A stretch of DNA of 62,651 nucleotides from a virus (Duplodnaviria; Caudoviricetes), in IMG/VR virus record IMGVR_UViG_3300044858_004015, positions 1 through 62,651 of that record. The stretch is one strand, 5' to 3'. The translations under genes were made by a program, and so were the position numbers. The notes under the pieces were generated by a model, which saw only the letters and a program-made list of their open reading frames with translations, was not told the DNA's origin and did no database searches. The number at the start of each line of letters is the position of its first letter. Position 1 is the stretch's first letter. Below, piece after piece: positions 17,523 to 27,566 of this stretch.

Positions 17523-18076
17523 GATTCGATTCCTAGCTTCCAATCGAACGAGCATCCAAACGTTAGGTGCATTCCGTAATGCCCTAAACCGCCAGGAACG
17601 TCAGCCACTTCGGTCGAGTGTAGCGGCCTGAGTGGACTTCGAAGCAATGGACGCTGACTAACGACCGGCTCCCAGATTTTCGGATTCGTCGGATCTTCCG
17701 CGTTATCGAGTAGCAGGGCTGATAGAAGATTGCGCTTCCAGATCGACATGCCGCGCCGAGCGTGCAACAATCTTTGCTCACCGGCTGGAAGGCGATCGAG
17801 GTTCATTTGGACGATCGGCGTAACGATGATCTGCAAATCTTCATTGCACGTTCGATGCCCACCGCCAGTGAATAGAGCTTGGTCGAACGATCCCGCGCCA
17901 ACCGCTATTGTCACGAAATGACTGACGGTTGGAAAGATCGCTCCAGCGGGTATCGGCTGATCGGCGATGAAACAATGCTTGTCCTGAGCGCAATCCGGCA
18001 CGACTTCGCGAATGCGATCGCGAATTGCAACAAGGATTTCGTCTTGGGTGGCGTAGCGCCGAAGCGTTGGGTTCAT
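17519..18076 (-). CDS. Putative tail completion/terminator-like protein
   Basis: 185 aa; EILVAIRDRI N-terminal helix and beta-rich C-terminus; genomic position. Confidence 0.4.
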   Translation of the reverse strand: MNPTLRRYATQDEILVAIRDRIREVVPDCAQDKHCFIADQPIPAGAIFPTVSHFVTIAVGAGSFDQALFTGGGHRTCNEDLQIIVTPIVQMNLDRLPAGEQRLLHARRGMSIWKRNLLSALLLDNAEDPTNPKIWEPVVSQRPLLRSPLRPLHSTEVADVPGGLGHYGMHLTFGCSFDWKLGIES

Positions 18077-18765
18077 TGTGGATTGATTGGAGCGTATGCG
18101 ACGGTGATTCGACCGCCAGTGATGTAGATCCCGGTATCAGGCCAGCGAAGTGACCACTGAAGGTTTTGCTTTCTCTCTGTGAGCGCTGCGGTTGAAGGAA
18201 CTTGAAGTGAGCCGTTTTCCACCGTCAGCAACGACGACAATAAGACAACCTTCCTGGAGGTCTCTACCGTGAATCGCAGCTCTTCGCCTTCGATGCTGCT
18301 TAATGTTTCGTCGTCAAGCGATTCGAGAGGTATAATGGCTTGCAGGTCTTCGCCGTTGAACAGCGTTAGATCGCGAACGCCAAGACGCCTTGCAGGAGGG
18401 AATGGCTCGTTGGGTAGCACTTGTCCGGAAATCCATCTGACCACTTGAGCTAGAGCCGACTGCTTGAATCGTATCTGACCATCTACAGTTTCAACCATAC
18501 TGGCTAGCGTTTGATCGCTTGTAGTATTCTGGCTGAAGTCCCACTTCATTATATTTTTGTTCCAGTGTTCAGGCTGTGTATTGCCACGAAACAAGTACCA
18601 TTCGTTATGTTGATCATCTAATGAAATCTGGAACTGACCCGGCTTACCAGCAACCGGCACTGATGCTATTCCACTGGGAACATAATCTGAAAGATTGCCA
18701 GATCGTGGCAATGCTTTATAGACATAGCCCGGCTCTGCATCGAATAGGACTGTGATAATGGCCAT
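18073..18765 (-). CDS. Putative virion protein
   Basis: Start probably MAIITV, overlapping the upstream stop. Confidence 0.55.
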   Translation of the reverse strand: MAIITVLFDAEPGYVYKALPRSGNLSDYVPSGIASVPVAGKPGQFQISLDDQHNEWYLFRGNTQPEHWNKNIMKWDFSQNTTSDQTLASMVETVDGQIRFKQSALAQVVRWISGQVLPNEPFPPARRLGVRDLTLFNGEDLQAIIPLESLDDETLSSIEGEELRFTVETSRKVVLLSSLLTVENGSLQVPSTAALTERKQNLQWSLRWPDTGIYITGGRITVAYAPINPQ

Positions 18766-19523
18766 TATGCCAAGGCTCCCAAGTTGCGTGATCGAACCGT
18801 GCCGCCGATGTTGGCGTCTACCCACAGATCGTTTCCGTTAAGTCGAAATCCAAAGTAGCCTGCTGGCAGCGAGCCGACAGGAGCATCAGCAATGGCAGAC
18901 ACCGTAGCGGTTCTAGCTGACGCGCTCACCATGATTGATTCGATCCAACCATTGTTGTCTGTTGAGCCTCTCATCGTAGCGCCTGTATGTCCAACCAAAA
19001 TCGTATTAGCCACGTTGTTTGTGAGCGTATTGCCTATTGCGGTATTAGAGCCGCCTGACGCAACCACCGTGCGACCTAGAGCCAAAGCGTTATTGCCATT
19101 TACCGTGCATCCGCGACCCATCGCCATGGAACCATTTGCTAAAACTCCGGTTGTTCCTGCGCCGCACTGGGCTCCAATACAGACAGCACCTGAGCCATAG
19201 GCGACATGGGTAGCAGCAGTACGCGAAGCTTGAATATCTAAGGAGTTTGGTCCAGCCTCATTCAAAGCGCTGCCATTATCCTGAGTCAGCCGACCACCGC
19301 GATATCGACGTTCCGTCCCGTCAGGTGTTAGATCAGTGAATACTGCTTCGGTTTGAATTGCTACTGGGTCGGTGTCTTCATCGACCCCTACATACAGTCG
19401 ATTAGTGTCAAAGGTATACAGAAGCTCACCCAGCATAGGCTTCTGGCCAACCGGCAAGGCTTCCAAGTCAGCTTGCAACCCTCTACGTATTCGGATTTTG
19501 CTTTTGATTACTACATCAGTCAT
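18765..19523 (-). CDS. Fibre/adhesin with an Mtd_N/hyaluronidase-like N-terminus and YadA-head-like repeats
   Basis: IRIRRG...LGELLYTFDTNRLYVG; repeats GAVCIG, GSMAMG, NALALG, NTAIG. Confidence 0.7.
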   Translation of the reverse strand: MTDVVIKSKIRIRRGLQADLEALPVGQKPMLGELLYTFDTNRLYVGVDEDTDPVAIQTEAVFTDLTPDGTERRYRGGRLTQDNGSALNEAGPNSLDIQASRTAATHVAYGSGAVCIGAQCGAGTTGVLANGSMAMGRGCTVNGNNALALGRTVVASGGSNTAIGNTLTNNVANTILVGHTGATMRGSTDNNGWIESIMVSASARTATVSAIADAPVGSLPAGYFGFRLNGNDLWVDANIGGTVRSRNLGALA

Positions 19524-19526
19524 GAG

Positions 19527-20870
19527 TTAAGACCCTATGAGTGGCAAATTATTGAGTTTTGGGAACCTTGATAGGTCAGCAAACTGACAGGTATTACCTG
19601 TAGCGTTAAAGATCAAATTCGCTATAGCGTCTAAAGGTGGACCCTGCCATATCTGGGTGCTGGATGTTCCGCCAAAAGCAGTCGTAACAACCACTGCTTC
19701 ATTGTCAAGTATGAAATACATCGGGTGCCCCGAGTCGCCGGTCCTGACGTTGTCGGAGTCGTAGACGTAGGCTTCCAATGAATCAGGTAACCAATAGGGG
19801 AAACCCCAGCCGATAGTGTCGTTGTCGTGCCTAAACCAATTGCCATGTTGCCTGCTATTGACCCATCTACCTTCTGGGCTGTAATAGGCAGATCCCGCTG
19901 GCATGGGTGTTAGTATCTCATTGTCAAAGCGGTTTACGCGAATGGTCGGGAAAAATGATTGCAGGTACGGATAATAATTCTGACTGTAAGGCCATTCGTT
20001 AGGGTCGAGTGCTACTGACTCATACTGGTAGTAATCGACGTAAAGCGGATCAATGTAATCAGAGAAGTCAAATGGCACGAGCTTAGCGGGCTTAATACTG
20101 TCAGGTAGAGGCGAATTGAGAGTGACTAACTGACAGTCACCGAAAATAAGTTGAGAACTAGCTACCGTTCGCTCTACCCATTCGTTGCCCATGCTAACCC
20201 ATCGCTGGATTGATCCATTGGCTGGCGTAAAGTGAGCTGCCGCTATGCCGTGCAGTGGTGTAATCATGGTGACAGGTCTATCGGGCCAGACTGATAGACA
20301 GGAGATATCTACATGACGAGCAAACGTGTTGATATTGCGAACGTAAATCTTATCTGTATGAATTTTGGTCGTGAACAGATTGCGATTAGATACAGGTAAG
20401 CGCCTCAGTATCTGATGCCACATCTCATGGAGCAGGGTGCCTGGTCGGGTTTGGAAATTAAGTATTTTATTACGCTTTAGAAATGGCGTAGGCTCCGCTG
20501 GCTCGTCTTCTTGCCAAGTCATGTCCTTCTTTGCGAACGACCGCAATGGCCGAAACACCGGATCACTAGGGCTTGGTGTGGCTAGATAAGTTACAGGTGC
20601 GGGCTCAAGTAGCAGGGTCTGGTCATAGTCAGTAATAGCCCCGCCATTCAAAACGGTCACGCTTTCTACGGAAATTTCGTTGCTGCCGATAATAGCGTAT
20701 GGCTGCGAAATATCTTCTACTGGTGGAACTACAGCAATTGTACCGATGTAGCCCCTAGCGGCATTTACACGATCATCGAGGCCAAACCCAGCAGACGGAG
20801 CGAGCCCAATGACGCAAGAAAGCATCATACGTGATACGTTGCGGCGTTTATTTGCAGTATCGATTGCCAT
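19527..20870 (-). CDS. Virion-module protein with a trypsin-like serine protease domain
   Basis: TMITPLHGIAAAHF (His), GDCQLVTL (Asp), GDSGHP (Ser). Confidence 0.72.
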   Translation of the reverse strand: MAIDTANKRRNVSRMMLSCVIGLAPSAGFGLDDRVNAARGYIGTIAVVPPVEDISQPYAIIGSNEISVESVTVLNGGAITDYDQTLLLEPAPVTYLATPSPSDPVFRPLRSFAKKDMTWQEDEPAEPTPFLKRNKILNFQTRPGTLLHEMWHQILRRLPVSNRNLFTTKIHTDKIYVRNINTFARHVDISCLSVWPDRPVTMITPLHGIAAAHFTPANGSIQRWVSMGNEWVERTVASSQLIFGDCQLVTLNSPLPDSIKPAKLVPFDFSDYIDPLYVDYYQYESVALDPNEWPYSQNYYPYLQSFFPTIRVNRFDNEILTPMPAGSAYYSPEGRWVNSRQHGNWFRHDNDTIGWGFPYWLPDSLEAYVYDSDNVRTGDSGHPMYFILDNEAVVVTTAFGGTSSTQIWQGPPLDAIANLIFNATGNTCQFADLSRFPKLNNLPLIGS

Positions 20871-21667
20871 TACGCGAACTCGCCCTTTGTCATGGTTGTT
20901 CCATCGTCGGCTAATGTTGCAGTGGCTATCGTCACTCCCGAATCGTTGCGAATAGTTTGGGCATTGGCTGTCGTTGTCGATTGATTCCTGAGTGCCATAT
21001 ACAAGAACATCAGTGCTTGTTTAGTTGTTGGCGTTCCTGAAGGAACTGACGTCAGTTCGCTAATTGCGGTTTCGAGTGCTGCCGTACATTGAGCCAAAAC
21101 CTGTGCAGTGCTTAGATTGTTTAGCGCAGAAACTTGGCTTGCTGTCGCAAGGCCAGATTGTATTTCCGTGACGGCTGATGCAGCTATGGCTGCGTTGGTA
21201 ATAGCGTTATCGGCAATCTCACCAACCCGTGCGTCTATTCGACCATCCACAAGAGCTTCTGGCAGGCGAGCAAGTATTTGCACCAAAAGCCCGAATTCAG
21301 GGTCGCCCAAAATGTAGATTAGCTGGCTAAGAAGAGCATCGCTTCTATTTGTGATAGAGAACTCAGCGACTATTCTTCCGACTGCTGAAATGCCGCCAAT
21401 CGTACCCGAGGTTAGCACTACAACGTACTCTGAGCCGCCAGAGTAAAAGTTTGAGTCTGCGTTTGTGTCGACATTAAAATGGTGTAGACCCGTCCTAGAA
21501 TCGAAGTTAGTAGCTAGGACAACACCCGCTGTCGATTCAGAAGTGTTTCCCGCAGCATACACAGCTAAAGCTGGTGAACCCGCTAAAGCTAGCGGTGTGC
21601 CGTCTGCGGCCCTTGTGTTAAAGAACCCTGCAATTATAGCGCCTGTTACGTAGTCACCTAAGTACAT
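20870..21667 (-). CDS. Putative virion structural protein
   Basis: Ala/Thr/Gly-rich; translationally coupled within the tail operon. Confidence 0.6.
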   Translation of the reverse strand: MYLGDYVTGAIIAGFFNTRAADGTPLALAGSPALAVYAAGNTSESTAGVVLATNFDSRTGLHHFNVDTNADSNFYSGGSEYVVVLTSGTIGGISAVGRIVAEFSITNRSDALLSQLIYILGDPEFGLLVQILARLPEALVDGRIDARVGEIADNAITNAAIAASAVTEIQSGLATASQVSALNNLSTAQVLAQCTAALETAISELTSVPSGTPTTKQALMFLYMALRNQSTTTANAQTIRNDSGVTIATATLADDGTTMTKGEFA

Positions 21668-21915
21668 TAAATTTCCCCTCCGTCAAATACCTGAACGATC
21701 TCTAGTTTTGCGTCCACTTCCGCTTTTGTGTATACGTCTAAATCGCTCGGAGTTAAGCCATGCGGATTGCGATCAAGAGGGTCTAGGTGCGTCTCGAAGT
21801 CGGATAGAATCACCTGCTCCGCTGGTGTGGTGCCGTGCGCGACTGCGACCAAATGGTCATCAATACCACGACTAACCACCTGACTTGTGTTTACCGTTAC
21901 GCGCGGAGTTGACAT
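21667..21915 (-). CDS. Small virion-associated protein
   Basis: NPHGLT and VYTKAEVDAKL fibre-type motifs; C-terminal DGG. Confidence 0.55.
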   Translation of the reverse strand: MSTPRVTVNTSQVVSRGIDDHLVAVAHGTTPAEQVILSDFETHLDPLDRNPHGLTPSDLDVYTKAEVDAKLEIVQVFDGGEI

Positions 21916-22078
21916 TGATAATCGCTCTATATGTCGTCTATGATCAATTGCTTGGCAATCGAATTCTATGCCGCAAAGATGGGTGGCAATTATTTACATG
22001 CCACATTTGGCGTAAAAATTGCTTATCTGGCCATTTGGGAGGCTACCTAAAGCTGCATAAAAACGCTATTTTTCAGGA

Positions 22079-22888
22079 ATGCGTCCTCAGTCTAGCACCG
22101 CTCCAAAATGTCCGCACTGCGAATTTCCCGTCAGGATTCCGCCTGATCAGTGGCGATGGTCGAACCCATGGCAGTGCGGAAATTGTGGCGGCATGTATGG
22201 GATTCGAATACACCGCCAGGAGGTGTTCGCCATTCCGAGCGGGCTTGAACCGCTTTGGCCTCTATTCACCTGGATGGAGGCTCGGCGGTTCGGTTTCTTT
22301 GCGTCTGGGAAATACTACGTCTACGCGATTTGTTACCAAAACGGCATTCCGATGTACGTTGGTCGAGGAAGAAAATTTCGAGTCTGCCAGCATATCGAAG
22401 AGACATGGCGAATGCCCCGCGAAAGATTTCAGCCTAAGCATTGCGAAATCATCGCGCTGACCGATGCGAACGAATCGGAGTGGTATCACTTCTTGGCCCT
22501 AGTCGACGATCCGGCTAAAGCAGCCGCGATCGAAAGATCCTACGTCCAGAAATGGGGTTTAGCTAAAAGCGGTGGTTTACTACTTAATAAAGTCGTACCC
22601 GATGGATCGCCAGACTGGGAGCCGGACGACCTGGAACCGGTCGAATCGGTGATTATTCCCCTGGAGGTAACTAGCGGAACCCAGGAAGAGAAGCTGATTT
22701 TCCATCCGGATATCTCTGAAGGCAATCGCCATCAAACGAGACGCTATACATGCGGGATCTGCCGGTTGTTTTGCCTGGTGCCCGAAAGCCTGATTTCTCA
22801 CATCGTTCAATGCCCAAACTGTGCCCACCTGTTCATACCGATATCGGATGGCTGGTCGCCAGGTGAGCCCAGGGAATTTGGCGACTAA
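22079..22888 (+). CDS. GIY-YIG nuclease-like protein flanked by zinc ribbons (antisense insert)
   Basis: YYVYAICYQNGIPMYVGRG...R...H...E...LLN; CPHC/CGNC at the N-terminus and CGIC/CPNC at the C-terminus. Confidence 0.7.
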   Translation: MRPQSSTAPKCPHCEFPVRIPPDQWRWSNPWQCGNCGGMYGIRIHRQEVFAIPSGLEPLWPLFTWMEARRFGFFASGKYYVYAICYQNGIPMYVGRGRKFRVCQHIEETWRMPRERFQPKHCEIIALTDANESEWYHFLALVDDPAKAAAIERSYVQKWGLAKSGGLLLNKVVPDGSPDWEPDDLEPVESVIIPLEVTSGTQEEKLIFHPDISEGNRHQTRRYTCGICRLFCLVPESLISHIVQCPNCAHLFIPISDGWSPGEPREFGD

Positions 22889-25125
22889 GCATAGCCATTT
22901 AGCGTGTTCTCGAAGGCTAGTGTACCGCGACTCTGACCGGATTCATTGAACCCTTGCCCAACTTCGCCGACTGAACCGTCAGGAGTAGTGGCCGGAGCGT
23001 TGGCGTTTGACCAAGTGCCACCGGTCCCACGCGTCAATCCTTCGTGATATTCGATTCTGTTTTGTCCAAAAATCGCTGCCCCAGGAATCCAGTTGTGCCC
23101 TGGTGAGCTGATTAGAGCTGGATTATTGGCGCATCGAAAACGCTCATTTGACGCAAGCGGCCTGGCTAGCATGTATTTAAGTCGCATTTGAGCCGAGAAA
23201 ATACGATGGCTGTTACCTTCAGACAGTCGAGGCGCATCGAGGACTAATTCCGATTTGTCGACCAATTCTTCAACGACCCCATTTGGATCGACTAGATATT
23301 GAGCTGGATCGGGTAGTTCAGGGGGACGCCCCTCTCTAGTGGCGTTGACTGTGACTATTCGAAAGGTTAGACCGGCATGAACCGGATACGCTACCGAGTG
23401 TCGAAATGGAGCCCCACCCTCAGCGCTCATGCCTCTCGGCCCAGATAGCGGCAAGACCATTTTTCCGGAGTCGACTTCGTATCGAGTATCAATATCTACT
23501 AGAGTGTAAGGATAGCTGCGATGCTGGGTGACTGTCAGATCAGGAGCGTCGACAATCGGTAAAGGATTGGCGTACTCCATGTAGTCTGTTTCTTTCCAGT
23601 ACTCCCACGCGTCTGAAGGTTCAGTCGCTGGCAGTAATGGAGGATTGTTGCTTGCACCATCGTAATGCTCAAGATTCGTTCCAAAATTAATTCGTTGCAC
23701 TTCAGGTATTCCATGCCAAACCGAGCATGGAGATTGAAGGTAAGTCGCAAAGATACCAGCGGGACGATTTAGATCGAAGGGTCTCGGAGTTGGCCACTTA
23801 TCTGGATTATAGTTCGCAAATGGAGTTGCCGGGACGGCTTGGATGTTTTTCGCGGAACTGACTATCGACGTAGCAAATGCTCCATAGCCACCAGTACCAG
23901 TATCGATCGTAACGAGGATGTTGCACATGATCGTTACGCTTGGCTTATCGCTCGGCTGAGTGATAACCAAAGCTTCGCGCCGAAACGGGACCGGGTTAAT
24001 CCCCTTTACTCTGACTGGATCATTCGCTGGCTTAGACGCTCCGGGAAATCTCGCATCCAGGACATTAAGCGCTGCCCCAAGCAATGCCATTCGGTTAATT
24101 CTCGGTGGACCGATCAATTCGATCGTTAGTTGCCGCCATACCTGGCCATACTCATCCCGAGCCGAATCGGTGTGGACCATCTTCCAGTCGATGGCCGGCA
24201 CGGGTGGGGCTGCCTCAGCCTGGCGATCTTCAATCCGATATTTCAACACTAAGTTTGTCGGGTCAGATGCGAATCTCTGGGAAATTCGCTTGTAACCAGG
24301 AAGCAATCCAGGCATGCACAAGGAACGAAATGCCTGCGCCCACTTACCACCGTCTCGAACTCGAAGGGTTCCTTCGACAATTCGAGTAATTCGCCACTGC
24401 TCGTCTCTGGTCTCTTCTGAACTCCAAGTGTTCGATAAAACGAATTTATTTTTAGCCATCCCTTCTTCGTCAGGGTCGATCCAGGGATACGGCGCTACAT
24501 TGGGATCGAGTACGTCATAGCAAAGGATTCTATAGACTTCGATCTCGAACGAGATTCTAAACGCAGTTCCTCCAAAGATGTTAGTAATTTGCACGTCGAT
24601 CGGTTTAGGGCCAAGATTTGCATCGGTGCAGTGCTTTCGGAGGATTTTCAGCGAAGCATTGTCTCTATTGTTGTAGTGAATCTGAACGTCCTGGCCAAAT
24701 ATGTTGGTGAAATACAGGTCGGTTTCACCATCTTTTACCGGTTCGCCAGTTGCCGCAAGCAGAACTTGATACCAACCTGCGCCGCCGCCATTTTGCCAGT
24801 TGGTGTCGTGAAGTGCATACCAAAAATCCCCGCGTGGCATACTTAACAGTCTATGAATCGTCTGCATTCTGTCGACGGAAGATTCCAGGTCTGACGAGTG
24901 GATACCCGCCCTGGCGGTTTCGACGGTCGCCGGATGTGACGTAAGATCGCCATAACCTGTAGGGTTTTCACCGCTCATGAAGCCAAAGACAGTCGACGAA
25001 ACACGAATGCGAAACTTGGAAAACATGCGATTTCCGGTTTCGTCATAGACAGTGCTTTGCGAAAACGTCTCGGTCTCGCAATCTCGCAGTTCGACTCCGT
25101 TATAAAAAACATGCGTTCCCGACAT
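22885..25125 (-). CDS. Large tail structural protein (hub/distal-tail-like position)
   Basis: 746 aa, beta-rich, directly after the tape-measure-position gene. Confidence 0.55.
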   Translation of the reverse strand: MSGTHVFYNGVELRDCETETFSQSTVYDETGNRMFSKFRIRVSSTVFGFMSGENPTGYGDLTSHPATVETARAGIHSSDLESSVDRMQTIHRLLSMPRGDFWYALHDTNWQNGGGAGWYQVLLAATGEPVKDGETDLYFTNIFGQDVQIHYNNRDNASLKILRKHCTDANLGPKPIDVQITNIFGGTAFRISFEIEVYRILCYDVLDPNVAPYPWIDPDEEGMAKNKFVLSNTWSSEETRDEQWRITRIVEGTLRVRDGGKWAQAFRSLCMPGLLPGYKRISQRFASDPTNLVLKYRIEDRQAEAAPPVPAIDWKMVHTDSARDEYGQVWRQLTIELIGPPRINRMALLGAALNVLDARFPGASKPANDPVRVKGINPVPFRREALVITQPSDKPSVTIMCNILVTIDTGTGGYGAFATSIVSSAKNIQAVPATPFANYNPDKWPTPRPFDLNRPAGIFATYLQSPCSVWHGIPEVQRINFGTNLEHYDGASNNPPLLPATEPSDAWEYWKETDYMEYANPLPIVDAPDLTVTQHRSYPYTLVDIDTRYEVDSGKMVLPLSGPRGMSAEGGAPFRHSVAYPVHAGLTFRIVTVNATREGRPPELPDPAQYLVDPNGVVEELVDKSELVLDAPRLSEGNSHRIFSAQMRLKYMLARPLASNERFRCANNPALISSPGHNWIPGAAIFGQNRIEYHEGLTRGTGGTWSNANAPATTPDGSVGEVGQGFNESGQSRGTLAFENTLNGYA

Positions 25126-25127
25126 GG

Positions 25128-26660
25128 TTAAACTTTCCTTCCGCGATTTTGAGCATCGGCGGCTTTATTACGCCAGGCGTCCAGCTCTTTGATAGCAGCG
25201 TTTCCATCGAATTTTTGTGCGTCAGGCTTGCCCCACGGGAGCCATTTCCGTATCAATCCATACATTTCCTCGAGCGGGCTGATGTAGTCCAGAATTCGGA
25301 TACCTATATCGGCTATCTTCGTTAAGCCAGTCTGAATGTCGGTCGCGATCACTTGCCAGTCACCGCGGAAGTTCATCATCGATTCTTCGAGGTCATTCTG
25401 GGCTCCAATCAGTCCTGACATTGGCCCAGACTGTTTTTGTGCTTGACGAAATTCGCGACTTAGACGGCCAAAATCTAATTCTGAGTACGCTTTTGTTAGC
25501 TCTCCGTTGTACTTCAGAAGATTGCGATTGTATTCGATAACAGCTTTATTAAGAAAATTCTGAGCCTCAGCAAAAGTGTATGTTGCCACGCCGAGCTTTC
25601 CGAGCTTCCCCGTGACGTCTACTACTGTATCCTTAAATCCGCCTAGATTCTTGCGTATGCTTTCATCGTCAGGATCTCCCGGTGAGTTAGGATCGCTAGG
25701 TCCGCCACCCGAGCCGCCTGAGCCGCCTGAGCCATTATTGGATCTGCTGCCCGATCTACCGACAGGAGAACTTGAATTACCTCTTTGGTCGTTACGCCCG
25801 AAAATCGATTCAACGAATCCCTTGGTGTCAAAATCGTCGCCGCCTGGTGCGCTACTAGCATTATCAACTGCCTTAACCGCTTCGGCGGCTTCAGCGACTT
25901 CGCTGGCATTCTCGACTGTCTTGGCCGGCTTAGCAGCTTTCGCCGCTTTCCCGCCATACTTCGCGCCCTTGGCCAAATCACCGACGTAAGGGATCATCGA
26001 AACGGCGCTGATCGCTGCGTTCCTCAGGTGTTTGGCAGCGCTTCTGGGATCTTTGATCGCTCGACCAATGGATATTGCGGCATTGGTTCCGTCAGATATC
26101 GGAGTTGGGTCAACTACGCCAGCCGCGTCGAGTATTGTCTGAGCGGCATCGGCGGTTGAGCTGTCTGATGAATTCTCATGAACTGCACTTGCAGACTCCC
26201 CTGGCGATTCGCGAACAATCTTGCTTTTGCCAGACCAAACAGCATCGAAGTCGATCAACTGGGGAAGATTATCTTTGCTTCCCATCCAGACGTCATGTAT
26301 CGGCGTATCAAGCGAGAAGTCATCGCCAGAACTGTAGGTCGCCTTACCACCGCCAGAGAGGTACTCTGCCAATGAATCTGGTGTGGCGTCTTTCCAAGAG
26401 TCATCAAGAAACGACTCGCTAAACTTTTGGGGTTTTACTTGGCTATCGACCGGCTTAGTTTCATTGCCTGGCTGAGCCGGTTGAATCGGGAAAACGTCAT
26501 TCTTGTCCGCAAGAATCTCATGGCCATCTTCATTTTCCACCCAGTAATTACCTACGAAGGTTCTGCTGACGATCTTACCAGAGATAACCTGGCCGTCGCG
26601 ATGCACCTGGACCGGATCGCCAGCCCTAAGCTTCTGAGGTCGAAATTCTGGTAAAGTCAT
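25128..26660 (-). CDS. Short tape-measure-position protein containing a pre-toxin TG-like segment
   Basis: Follows the G/GT chaperones; LDAAGVVDPTPISDGTNAAIS...SAVSMIPYVGDLAKGAKYG; helical C-terminal third. Confidence 0.55.
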   Translation of the reverse strand: MTLPEFRPQKLRAGDPVQVHRDGQVISGKIVSRTFVGNYWVENEDGHEILADKNDVFPIQPAQPGNETKPVDSQVKPQKFSESFLDDSWKDATPDSLAEYLSGGGKATYSSGDDFSLDTPIHDVWMGSKDNLPQLIDFDAVWSGKSKIVRESPGESASAVHENSSDSSTADAAQTILDAAGVVDPTPISDGTNAAISIGRAIKDPRSAAKHLRNAAISAVSMIPYVGDLAKGAKYGGKAAKAAKPAKTVENASEVAEAAEAVKAVDNASSAPGGDDFDTKGFVESIFGRNDQRGNSSSPVGRSGSRSNNGSGGSGGSGGGPSDPNSPGDPDDESIRKNLGGFKDTVVDVTGKLGKLGVATYTFAEAQNFLNKAVIEYNRNLLKYNGELTKAYSELDFGRLSREFRQAQKQSGPMSGLIGAQNDLEESMMNFRGDWQVIATDIQTGLTKIADIGIRILDYISPLEEMYGLIRKWLPWGKPDAQKFDGNAAIKELDAWRNKAADAQNRGRKV

Positions 26661-26932
26661 GATGGCAGGCCAGCCCTATATCTTTCGTACTCGAACTGAG
26701 CGCGATCGGGGTCATCGTAGATACTATCGAACCAATCCCGAGTCAGTTTCTTCCCGATATGGTGGCCTAATCCCGCAAAAATTCCCAGTTGAATCATACT
26801 GGAATATCGAACTTGGGAACGATTGCGAAGCAAGAACAGCGCGAAAAACTGCTCGTAGTTTTCCGATTGCATGCGTCCTACATCGCAGCCGTACAATATA
26901 CAGGCATCAGCGAAAGCTAAATGTTTTTTTTT
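26657..26932 (-). CDS. Tail assembly chaperone GT extension, reached by -1 frameshift
   Basis: The -1 frame after the A9 run is open (HLAFADACILYGCDVG...) and continues into ORF 26657..26896. Confidence 0.7.
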   Translation of the reverse strand, partial: KKKHLAFADACILYGCDVGRMQSENYEQFFALFLLRNRSQVRYSSMIQLGIFAGLGHHIGKKLTRDWFDSIYDDPDRAQFEYERYRAGLPS

Positions 26933-27255
26933 ACAGCCTGGCAGTAGAGATAGAACGAATCGAGTAGCCCCTTGCGCTCGGCAATGGTCAGCCCCTTGCC
27001 ATCTTCGTAGGGCCTGACGTCAAAGATGTCGCAGACTGCATCGGCAATGATCTCCACTGCTTGACGATCGCCTTTCTGAGCGTCCGCCAAATGCTTTTCC
27101 GCTGAGAACTTCGAGTGGTTTTCCAAGGCGTAGATCACTTGAATCGGATCGATCGACCGCCACTTTTGCCCGTCGAAATAGGCAAAGATGCGAGTTGACG
27201 ACTTCGCGCGTCTTTTCGAAATGCGAAGTATCAGATTTTTGATCAAGCGAAACAT
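26917..27255 (-). CDS. Tail assembly chaperone G-like protein
   Basis: Ends VKKNI* over the slippery sequence GTA AAA AAA AAC; lies upstream of the tape-measure-position gene. Confidence 0.7.
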   Translation of the reverse strand: MFRLIKNLILRISKRRAKSSTRIFAYFDGQKWRSIDPIQVIYALENHSKFSAEKHLADAQKGDRQAVEIIADAVCDIFDVRPYEDGKGLTIAERKGLLDSFYLYCQAVKKNI

Positions 27256-27566
27256 TACTTACCTTTTTCGTCGCCTTCGAGGATGTTTAGCCGTGTCTCC
27301 ATTTTCGCCAGTTCAATCCTGGTGATCTCGTGTTCCTGGTGACACTTTGTCACTTTTTCAACTAAAGATAACACTTCGCCTTCTAGGCTTTTGATGCGAT
27401 CCTCGTATGCCTTTACTTGCGTGCGATATAGTCCAGCGACAACGCTAGAGAGCGTGGCGATGATTAGTCCGACGCCACCTAGAACCCAGCCGAAAAACGA
27501 CTGACCGGCGCCTTCATACGTCTGGGCATGCTGAGCGATTAGCGTTGGGATGTCTCGCTGGTTCAA
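27255..27566 (-). CDS. Membrane protein with coiled coil (holin/spanin-like candidate)
   Basis: One TM segment (FFGWVLGGVGLIIATLSSVVAGLY) followed by a coiled coil. Confidence 0.55.
   Translation of the reverse strand: MNQRDIPTLIAQHAQTYEGAGQSFFGWVLGGVGLIIATLSSVVAGLYRTQVKAYEDRIKSLEGEVLSLVEKVTKCHQEHEITRIELAKMETRLNILEGDEKGK

Noticed and set aside
18765-19523. Diversity-generating retroelement suggested by the Mtd_N-like fibre
   Set aside because: No reverse transcriptase and no TR/VR pair differing at adenines was seen
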